Virus record (IMG/VR): IMGVR_UViG_3300010400_000008
Span: 1-56,745 of that record
Origin: a virus
Lineage: Duplodnaviria; Caudoviricetes
DNA: 56,745 nucleotides
Direction: 5' to 3' (one strand)
Shown: positions 18,381-25,740 of the stretch, one piece after another
Position numbering within the stretch: the first letter of the stretch is position 1
Layout of the letters: every line of letters starts with the position of its first letter
The notes under the pieces: generated by a model
Told to the model about the DNA's origin: nothing
What the model saw: only the letters and a program-made list of their open reading frames with translations
Database searches by the model: none
Translations under genes and position numbers: made by a program

Positions 18381-19291
18381 GCATTTGTTACACGATCTTC
18401 TATCCGGTTTTGCCGATCAGATCCCTGGTCTTTATCCCACCACACAATCGCCAGCGCGACCCCATACGTGCTCACGACCAGCGCCCACTCCCACCCGAGC
18501 GCCGCATCCAGCACCACGCCGGTCCAGCTCGCCACGGCCAGCGCAAGCGCCTGGCGCGGCGTGCGCATCGCCAGCCAGAGCGGCAGATGGTCGTAGGAGC
18601 TGCCGGCGAACTGCGGCGCGAGACTGAGCAGCAGGATGAGCCGCGCGCGATCGTCCTTCCAGCGGAGCAGCCCGAGCGCCAGGAGCGGCAGGGTCAGGAT
18701 CGGGGCGGTGTGGCGCCCGGCGCCGACGTTCGTTAGCCACGCGAGCGGCCACTGCGGCCACACGAGCAGGCTGATCAGGACAATGCCCGCGCCGGCCAGC
18801 AGCGCCCGCCGGGCGGGCCGTGCGAGCCACAGCGCGGCGCCGATCGACGGCTTGGCGGCTAAGATGCAGCCGAGCCAGGGCAGGCCGGCAGCGGCGGTCA
18901 GCAGCGGCGACCACTGCCCATACACGACCGCGACCCACAGCGGCGCGGACAAGAGCATGCCCAGCAGGGCCGGGTGGGTGCGGTGGGCATAGGTGAGCAG
19001 CGCGACGGAGAGGCCGATAAAGAGAGCAGCGGCGATCGGGTCCGGCAGTGGGGTGAGGGGGAGCACGAGCAGCAGCGCGGGCAGGGGATAATAGAGCGGG
19101 GCATCGGCGGGGTAGTCGCGACCGGGGCCGAGCGCCGGATCGGCGTAGGAGTTGTGACCCGCGAGCAGCTGCCGCGCGCCACGCAGCGGCCAGGTCAGAT
19201 CCGCGGCGTGGCCCAGCGGCCAGAGGACTGCCAGGCACAGCGCGGCGGCCAGCAGGCCTGCGGCCAGCGGGATGAGGATGCGACGGGGCAT
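18377..19291 (-). CDS. Polytopic membrane glycosyltransferase, GT87/DUF2029-like
   Basis: D-L..ARQLLAG, LYYPLPA, YGQ, AAKP motifs in a multi-TM protein. Confidence 0.65.
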   Translation of the reverse strand: MPRRILIPLAAGLLAAALCLAVLWPLGHAADLTWPLRGARQLLAGHNSYADPALGPGRDYPADAPLYYPLPALLLVLPLTPLPDPIAAALFIGLSVALLTYAHRTHPALLGMLLSAPLWVAVVYGQWSPLLTAAAGLPWLGCILAAKPSIGAALWLARPARRALLAGAGIVLISLLVWPQWPLAWLTNVGAGRHTAPILTLPLLALGLLRWKDDRARLILLLSLAPQFAGSSYDHLPLWLAMRTPRQALALAVASWTGVVLDAALGWEWALVVSTYGVALAIVWWDKDQGSDRQNRIEDRVTNA

Positions 19292-19328
19292 GGGGGCTCC
19301 TTATTCAGTTACATGGTCGGGGGAGGCG

Positions 19329-19363
19329 AACGCCCCAGGCCTCGATCTGAGACCTGGGGCGTT
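19329..19363 (-). terminator. Stem-loop, probable terminator/attenuator
   Basis: AACGCCCCAGG...CCTGGGGCGTT. Confidence 0.5.
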
Positions 19364-19377
19364 GTGCGTGGGGAGGA

Positions 19378-19803
19378 TTAGGGGGTGACGAGTGACGCCT
19401 GAAAGGCCAGGTGGGTGGCGTAGGCGCTGAGGAGCGCCATATCACTGACCGTGTCGTACAGGTGCGCCTGCTGGCGGAGGGCTGCGGCCAGCGCCGGCGC
19501 GCCGGCTTGCTCCTGGTCGTAGGCCTGGGTCAGGTAGTGGTCGCGCAGCGCCGCGCGGATGGTTTCGCGGCTGTCGGGCCAGTCGTCGTCCGGCTGCCAA
19601 AACGACGGCGTGACACACCCGCAATACCGAATGGCGGCATCGAACCGGCGATGCATGACGCCGTCGATGACCTGGAACGCGTCGCGCATGACCCCGCCCA
19701 CGCGCAGGCCCGCGACCGACTGGCCGCAGGTCAGGCAGCGCGAGGTTGGGCCGAACGTGACGACGGTTGGGACGTTGGCGATCGTGTTGAACGTCGTGGG
19801 CAC
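19378..19803 (-). CDS. Hypothetical protein with CxxC
   Basis: GGAGG RBS, GTG start overlapping upstream stop. Confidence 0.6.
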   Translation of the reverse strand: MPTTFNTIANVPTVVTFGPTSRCLTCGQSVAGLRVGGVMRDAFQVIDGVMHRRFDAAIRYCGCVTPSFWQPDDDWPDSRETIRAALRDHYLTQAYDQEQAGAPALAAALRQQAHLYDTVSDMALLSAYATHLAFQASLVTP

Positions 19804-20006
19804 TAGTTGTTCCTCCAGTTCTGCGGCTGTCCCTTGGTCCAGGCCTGCGGCGGCACGGGTGGCAGCGCCTGGTGGCGTTGGCGTTCGGCCATATCCTGCC
19901 GCTGCTGTCGCCGGCGCGTGTCACGCCGCTCGCGCAGGATCTCGATGAGTAGCCACGCCAGCAGCGCGAGTGCTGCGCCATCGAACAGTGCCCGGAGCGT
20001 GCTCAC
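19803..20006 (-). CDS. Small single-TM protein
   Basis: ALALLAWLLIEIL; GTGA overlap. Confidence 0.5.
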   Translation of the reverse strand: MSTLRALFDGAALALLAWLLIEILRERRDTRRRQQRQDMAERQRHQALPPVPPQAWTKGQPQNWRNN

Positions 20007-20308
20007 GGCCGCACCGCCTGCGCGGTCGCCCGCGCGCGGACGTCTGCCTCCAGGGCCTGCGCGTTGATTGTGGCCTCGGCCAGCGTGGCCCCGTAGGCGG
20101 TGTACGCGCCGATCGGGGCGGGCGATCCGCCGCTGGTGAAGCCATCGACCGTCCCCGCGATCGTGACGGCCGGCGTGGGCGCCGGCTGGCGCGGCACGAC
20201 GACGGCCGCGCGGGGCGGGACGTGGACGACGGCGCGCGGCAGTGCGGACGGGGACGGGGCCGCGCTCGACAGGAGCACGGCGGCGATGATGATTAGCAGG
20301 TATTTCAT
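20003..20308 (-). CDS. Small secreted/membrane protein
   Basis: MKYLLIIIAAVLLSSA signal-like N-terminus; GAGGAG RBS. Confidence 0.6.
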   Translation of the reverse strand: MKYLLIIIAAVLLSSAAPSPSALPRAVVHVPPRAAVVVPRQPAPTPAVTIAGTVDGFTSGGSPAPIGAYTAYGATLAEATINAQALEADVRARATAQAVRP

Positions 20309-20520
20309 GGGGTAGGCTCCTCTCCAATCCACCGGGCGTTGGCACTGGTCCAACGCCCGCTATTGATAAACTCAGCCGCCTGGCGCAGCGCGGCCTCTGT
20401 CCAGCGCCGATCGGCTATGGCAGGGTCGCGCACCGGCACCAGGTCGGACTCCATTGCCACATACACACCGTTCACTATCAGGAAGTAGCGGCCCTGCCTT
20501 AGAATGACCTCTGCGTTCAC
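20305..20520 (-). CDS. Hypothetical protein
   Basis: 71 aa, coupled overlaps on both sides. Confidence 0.55.
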   Translation of the reverse strand: MNAEVILRQGRYFLIVNGVYVAMESDLVPVRDPAIADRRWTEAALRQAAEFINSGRWTSANARWIGEEPTP

Positions 20521-21065
20521 TTCCCCTCCTTCATCTCCGCTGCCAGCGTATCGGCGTTGGCCTGGGCGGCCTCTTGGCTCTCACAACTGGTGCCGGTGAC
20601 CACGCCGATCACGGCGCGTGTCGTCGGGCTGTATACGTCCTGCGTGACGCTGTAGCAGGCGGTCTCGACATACACCACCACCGGCGTCTGGGTCGGCGGC
20701 TCCGCTGTGGCGGTAGGTGGCGCGGGCGTGGCGCTGGGGGCGATCGTCGCGGCCGGTGCGGCCGTGGGTGGGACGACGGCCGGCGCGGCGTTGGTCGCGG
20801 GCGGCCGCCGGGTGGTCGGCGATGGCAGGAACGAGATTGCGCCAATCACGGCCAGCACCACCACCAGGGCGCCGACGATGCCGGCGACCAGGCGCCGGTC
20901 GGTGCGCGGCTGCGCATCTGCTGGCGGGACGGCGGCGGGCGCGCTCCGCCGGTTGCTCCAGGTCCGCGCGCGGGCCGGCGGCGGCTCCTGCTGGGCGGCC
21001 GCGCGCCGCTCAGCCTCGATCATGATTCGACCGCGTTCGTCGCGATCCTCCTGTGTGATCTGCAT
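20517..21065 (-). CDS. Single-TM protein with Pro/Thr-rich linker
   Basis: LVAGIVGALVVVLAVIGAISFL followed by PTA repeats; GGAGG RBS. Confidence 0.7.
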   Translation of the reverse strand: MQITQEDRDERGRIMIEAERRAAAQQEPPPARARTWSNRRSAPAAVPPADAQPRTDRRLVAGIVGALVVVLAVIGAISFLPSPTTRRPPATNAAPAVVPPTAAPAATIAPSATPAPPTATAEPPTQTPVVVYVETACYSVTQDVYSPTTRAVIGVVTGTSCESQEAAQANADTLAAEMKEGK

Positions 21066-22294
21066 CAGCGCACCTCCACAAAGCGATAGGTATGCGGCTC
21101 GTCAGTTATGTCGACAATGATGCCGGTCGCGCGCCACACTTTGATCAGGTCGCTGGCCTGCGTCGAGCCGATGCCCGCCGCCGCCATCAGGCGGGCGCGC
21201 TTCCATCCGGTCGTGCCCAGCTCGCAGCGTGCGACCTGGAGCGTGTTCAGCTCGTTCGCGGCCGGGTCCGCGGCTTCGTACGCATTCGTGCGAATACGCG
21301 CATTCGCGGCCTCATCGGCGTTCGCGGCCGCGTTCGTTGTGCGTCCTGCTGCGATCGACGGTGCGGCCATCTCCACCATGGTATCGACTGGGCCGGCCGC
21401 ACGCGGCATGCGGATTGGCGCGGCCTCCGTCCGGTCGCGCGACTCGACAGAACGATCGGCGATGCCCAGATCGCGTAGGCTGATGCGCTGATCGGTCTCT
21501 GCCGCCGGCAGACTGGTCTGGGTCAGGCTCTCGCCGATGTACTCCAGGATCTCCTGGACATCATCGTTATCGGCCAGCGCCTCGAAGGGCATCATGGCAC
21601 CGCTCACCCGCTGCACGCTCTCACCCACCTCGCGCAGCGTGCGATCGATACCCGTGACCAGGCCGTGCATGACACCGGCCAGCTCCTCGCGCTCCTCGAT
21701 CGTCAGGTTCGCAAAGCCGAGCAGGGCCTTCTCCTGGGCGCGCAGCAGGGTCGCGCGCAAGATCGCGATGTCGGCCTGGGCTTGCAGCTCGTAGCGCTTG
21801 ACCAGGTGGGCCTGGCGCACCTGCTCGATGAGCTGATCGGGCGTGACCGGCGTCCAGAGCAGCGCCGGGATGATAATGAAGCCGATGATCCCGATCAGCA
21901 CCTGCTGGTAGACCAGGTTGCTGTCGGCCACCACCGGCTGCGCCTGCCACCAGCTCGTCTGAATGCGAAACGAGTAGTAGAATAGGAATAGCGCACAGCC
22001 GATGATGACCCCGTAGCCCCAGGTGCGCGCGTTGACCTTCTGGAGCAACATCCCCGCCGGCGACCACGGGATGAGGAACGAGGTCAGACTCGGCGGCGCC
22101 AGCACCAGGATCGCGGTGAAGGCTGCGGCGATCAGGCGATCGTCGGTGAGCTGGCTCTGCACACGCCACCAGTAGACCGCGCTGGCGCCCATGCCGATGA
22201 GCGCGATGAGGATAAGGCCGGTCTTGGCGGTGAACTCAAAGCCAGACGCGCGCCGCCCCTGCCGGCGCATCATATCCAGATAGCGGGATGACAT
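21065..22294 (-). CDS. Multi-TM membrane protein with helical core and C-terminal winged helix
   Basis: About four hydrophobic segments; C-terminal KRARLMAAAGIGSTQASDLIKVWRATGII. Confidence 0.7.
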   Translation of the reverse strand: MSSRYLDMMRRQGRRASGFEFTAKTGLILIALIGMGASAVYWWRVQSQLTDDRLIAAAFTAILVLAPPSLTSFLIPWSPAGMLLQKVNARTWGYGVIIGCALFLFYYSFRIQTSWWQAQPVVADSNLVYQQVLIGIIGFIIIPALLWTPVTPDQLIEQVRQAHLVKRYELQAQADIAILRATLLRAQEKALLGFANLTIEEREELAGVMHGLVTGIDRTLREVGESVQRVSGAMMPFEALADNDDVQEILEYIGESLTQTSLPAAETDQRISLRDLGIADRSVESRDRTEAAPIRMPRAAGPVDTMVEMAAPSIAAGRTTNAAANADEAANARIRTNAYEAADPAANELNTLQVARCELGTTGWKRARLMAAAGIGSTQASDLIKVWRATGIIVDITDEPHTYRFVEVR

Positions 22295-22417
22295 TGCGCA
22301 CATCCTTTCGCGTGCGCGAGCCGTGGTACAATCCCACGCTCGCATTGCGTCCCTAAGAGCTTCCAATGTGAGCACCGCGCCGGTCGTTGTGCAAGCAGCG
22401 ACCGGCGCTCCGACTTC

Positions 22418-23464
22418 CTACCGATCCTCGATCAGATGGCCATTCGTCGCGGGTTTCAGCCACCCGCGCACGGTCGACTCGCTAAAGCCCAGCTCGCGGG
22501 CGATGTCGAGGAGCGACCGCCCACGCGCGAGTTGTTCGCGCACATGGGCCACGACTCGCGCGTGGGTCGGCGGCGTGTCGCCGAACACCATGATCTGTTC
22601 GCGAGCCTCGGCCAACGACTCGCGAAGCTGCACGATCTCCTGCTCCCGATTCGCGAGCCCAGCCTTCGCGTTCGCGACGGTTGCTCGCAGATTCGCGGCC
22701 TCATCGTGCTCGCTCGCGGCGATCGTGGTCTTGATATGGAGCTGTTCGCGGGCCTCGCTGAGCTGCTCGCGAAGCCGCACGATCGCTTGCTCCTGATTCG
22801 CGGCCTGTTCGCGCAGACTCGCGGCGTCGGCCGATCCGTTCGCGGCCTGTTGCTCGATCAGTGTGAGCCGTTCGCGAGCGCTCGCCTCCGATTCGCGAGC
22901 CAGGGCCAGATCGGACGTCGTGCTCGCGAGCAACGCCCGATCGTTCGCGGTTTGTTCGCGGAGGCTCGCGACTTGATCGCGGAGCGGCAGATCCACCGCC
23001 GTGCCGGCCGCCGCGATCAGGCGCTCGGCTAGCTTCGAGAGACACAAGATCAGCCCCGGCACGGCCAGGTTGACCGCGAACCAGAGCGCCGCCGCGACCG
23101 CATAGCGCGCGTCGACCCCCAGCCACGGCAGCGGCACATCACTCGCGCCGAACAGGAGGAGCGCCTGCCGGCCACCGCGCAGGTAGCCGGCGGTGAGGTT
23201 GGCCAGCGCCTGCACACTGAGCACCGCCACGAGCGCGCGGTTGGCCCAGGCGCGGGCCTGGAGGTCCAGGGCACTGAGCGCCCCGGCGCCGATGAGCAGC
23301 GCGACGGCGGCGAGCTCGACCACGATCGCGGCGGCCCAGGCGGCGGGCGCCCAGGTCTCAAACAGGCTAAACAGCCATTGGGTGCGCTCGATCGAGTAGC
23401 CCAGCAGCGCGATGAGCGCCAGGCCGGTCGCGATCGTCGCGGCGATGAGGAGTTTCCGATTCAC
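22418..23464 (-). CDS. Multi-TM membrane protein with coiled coil and C-terminal HTH (DUF2637-like architecture)
   Basis: TM region AAIVVELAAV..LSVQALANL; C-terminal GRSLLDIARELGFSESTVRGWL. Confidence 0.7.
   Translation of the reverse strand: MNRKLLIAATIATGLALIALLGYSIERTQWLFSLFETWAPAAWAAAIVVELAAVALLIGAGALSALDLQARAWANRALVAVLSVQALANLTAGYLRGGRQALLLFGASDVPLPWLGVDARYAVAAALWFAVNLAVPGLILCLSKLAERLIAAAGTAVDLPLRDQVASLREQTANDRALLASTTSDLALARESEASARERLTLIEQQAANGSADAASLREQAANQEQAIVRLREQLSEAREQLHIKTTIAASEHDEAANLRATVANAKAGLANREQEIVQLRESLAEAREQIMVFGDTPPTHARVVAHVREQLARGRSLLDIARELGFSESTVRGWLKPATNGHLIEDR
22535..22960 (+). repeat. Intragenic array of 14 direct TTCGCG hexamers (plus 2 inverted)
   Basis: Counted at 22535, 22598, 22650, 22665, 22671, 22692, 22745, 22797, 22808, 22839, 22871, 22892, 22944, 22955. 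Confidence 0.85.
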
Positions 23465-23569
23465 GTTTCTGACTCCTTGTGCTATCATTGCGCCACGCGG
23501 GGTGGCGCTCGAGACTCCAGCGCCGGCGGCGAGTCGGTGTCAGCGGCCCGCCGCACCCCGCCCCATCTC

Positions 23570-24385
23570 CTACAGTGCGTTACCTGGCCCGTCGTCCATC
23601 GCCCGCAGCTCCGCCTCTTCCCGCTCCTGCTCGATCGCGTCCATCGCCGCATCGGCCTGCTGCTCGATCGTCGGCGTGGGGAGCGCGGCCTCCAGCCGGC
23701 CGAGATCGCCATCCGAACAGTCGAGCAGGGTGGCCTCGTGTTCCGCCGCCGCCTGCTGGGCGACTTTCATTGCGTGGGCATAGCGCAGCTTGCGGCTATC
23801 GCTGACATTGCCGCAGTTGATCAGCCGCTGGCCACCGACTTCCTTCAGGTCGATTGCGGTGGGCAGGATGACGACCAGCTTGGGCGGCTCGGGTGTGCCC
23901 TTCGGATGGCCCCAGCGATCCCAGTAGGTCATCAGCACCTGGTAGCGCGGTGCCGGGTCATACTTCGCCGGGCGATCGTTCTGCTCCAAGGTCGCATCGG
24001 CCTGCGCCTGGACGGCGGCGCGGCACTGCTGCCAAAGATCGGCCTCGATCGCGGCGGGGTCGTCGCCATCGTTGACGGTGGCGGTCAGCGTGAGCAGCGG
24101 CTTCACGTTGCTGTATTCGGGCAATCCGACGGTCTCACCATACGAGACGGTGACTTGGGTAATGCGCATGTGTATGCTCCTTCTCGGTCGATAGTGCCAA
24201 TAGCGCCCATCGATCTTCTCGCGGTCGATCCGCCCTTCTCGGGAGAGGTGCGTCAGCGCCATGCCGATCTGGCTCCACGCCGCCATGTCGCCAGGCGCGA
24301 GGAGTGCCGCCAGATCGCGGTGGCGGAGCGGGCGATCGGACTGCGCGATCGCCCGGATGAGTGCCGCGTCATAGTATCCCGCCAT
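23570..24385 (-). CDS. Hypothetical protein: N-terminal winged-helix-like part plus in-frame second domain (internal start 24169)
   Basis: LRHRDLAALL..IGMALTHLSREGRI; AAGGAG RBS before internal MRITQVTVSY. Confidence 0.6.
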   Translation of the reverse strand: MAGYYDAALIRAIAQSDRPLRHRDLAALLAPGDMAAWSQIGMALTHLSREGRIDREKIDGRYWHYRPRRSIHMRITQVTVSYGETVGLPEYSNVKPLLTLTATVNDGDDPAAIEADLWQQCRAAVQAQADATLEQNDRPAKYDPAPRYQVLMTYWDRWGHPKGTPEPPKLVVILPTAIDLKEVGGQRLINCGNVSDSRKLRYAHAMKVAQQAAAEHEATLLDCSDGDLGRLEAALPTPTIEQQADAAMDAIEQEREEAELRAMDDGPGNAL

Positions 24386-24638
24386 CCGCCCCTCGCTCGC
24401 GCGCCGCCGCCAGCTCGGCTATGATCCCGGCTACATCGGCGGCGATCGTCGCCCAGCGGGCGGCTGGAATGAGCAGCCAGGTCGACTCGGGCGCGCCGCT
24501 CTTGCGCAGCGGCTGCACGACGATGAGGCCGCCGCGACTGTGGCGTTCAACGAACGCGGCGAAGTCCAGGTCCAGGCAGCGCACGTAGTCGTCGCGCAGC
24601 AGCTGCATGGCCTGCGCGGGGATGGTCAGCTCAGGCAT
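24369..24638 (-). CDS. Hypothetical protein
   Basis: GAGGAGG RBS. Confidence 0.55.
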   Translation of the reverse strand: MPELTIPAQAMQLLRDDYVRCLDLDFAAFVERHSRGGLIVVQPLRKSGAPESTWLLIPAARWATIAADVAGIIAELAAARERGADGGIL

Positions 24639-25236
24639 GTGGTTCCTCCTCACCTGGTCGCCAGTTCTGGACGCGCCTCACGATCGCCATGGCCCGCTGC
24701 ATCTGTTCGCCGGCCTGCTCCGGTGTCGTCGAGGGCTGTGCTTCCTTCCCAAACCGTTCCCACTGCTCCAGCGCCGCATCGACCGCCTTCCAGGCGCGCA
24801 CCTCCCCAACGGCAAGCTGCGGCATCGACTCCCGCACCAGCGTCGCCAGTGCCCGCCCCGCCGCCAGCTCAGCCTGCACGGCCGCCTGCTGGCGCTGCGC
24901 GTCTCGGATCATGGTCCGCAGCTGCGCGATCCCGTCGCGCAGCGGGATGTCGCCCTGGCCCAGCTGCTCACCCGCCCCGCGAATGATCGCCTCCAGCGTG
25001 TCGATGCGGATGTGCCCGGCGGTCAGCTCGGCCCGCGCGTCGTCGTACTTCGCCTGAAAGAGCACCGCCATATCGTGCTCCAGCGCCCGCTCAGTCTCGG
25101 CCTGCTCCGTCGTCGCGATCTGGGCGGTCAGCCGCCGCGCCAGCTCGGCGCACGCGGCCTCGGCCTGCTCCGCCCGCTCGCGCCAGTAGGTCGGGTCGCG
25201 CGGGTCGGGTTCGATTCCTTCGTTGCTCATGTTCAT
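24631..25236 (-). CDS. Coiled-coil hypothetical protein
   Basis: GGAGGAG RBS, Ala/Glu/Gln rich. Confidence 0.65.
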   Translation of the reverse strand: MNMSNEGIEPDPRDPTYWRERAEQAEAACAELARRLTAQIATTEQAETERALEHDMAVLFQAKYDDARAELTAGHIRIDTLEAIIRGAGEQLGQGDIPLRDGIAQLRTMIRDAQRQQAAVQAELAAGRALATLVRESMPQLAVGEVRAWKAVDAALEQWERFGKEAQPSTTPEQAGEQMQRAMAIVRRVQNWRPGEEEPHA

Positions 25237-25528
25237 TCTCCTCCTTCAGCCACGGGTGATCTGGATTGATCTCCCGTAGTCGCTCGATCGCCGCCGCCTG
25301 AATCGCCTGCGCGCTGGTGCGGCCGGGCGTGCCCGCCTGCCCCGTCCCGCCGCAGTCTGGGCAGAGCAGCGGGACAACCACGCCCAGCTGCACCGCGAGA
25401 TTCGCCGGCGGGGGCAGCTCGGCCCAATACTTCCAGGACTCGCCGTCCTCCGATGAGGCGATGCGCTTCCAGCCCAGGCAGCGGGTGCATGTATCCGGGC
25501 CATCGTAGATGATGACAGGTGCGCTCAT
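25091..25528 (-). CDS. Zn-binding hypothetical protein
   Basis: CTRCLG...CPDCGGTG; the C-terminal tail overlaps the next gene. Confidence 0.55.
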   Translation of the reverse strand: MSAPVIIYDGPDTCTRCLGWKRIASSEDGESWKYWAELPPPANLAVQLGVVVPLLCPDCGGTGQAGTPGRTSAQAIQAAAIERLREINPDHPWLKEENEHEQRRNRTRPARPDLLARAGGAGRGRVRRAGAAADRPDRDDGAGRD

Positions 25529-25740
25529 GGTCTTTCCTCACTCTGTTTCAGCGCCGCCGCGATCTTGGGGTCGCCTTCCAGGTTTGGGCAGCAGCCTGCA
25601 TGGAGACGCATCGCAGACGGGCGATCGGTGGAGTCGGCCGCGCCATACAGATAGATATGCGCGCCAGTGATCGGGCGGCTGCACCAGTCGCACTGCCAGC
25701 GCTTGCGCGGTCGTCGCACACAACGGGCGGTGAGCGTCAC
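25525..25740 (-). CDS. Small Zn-finger protein
   Basis: RKRWQCDWCSRPI..LHAGC. Confidence 0.6.
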   Translation of the reverse strand: MTLTARCVRRPRKRWQCDWCSRPITGAHIYLYGAADSTDRPSAMRLHAGCCPNLEGDPKIAAALKQSEERP

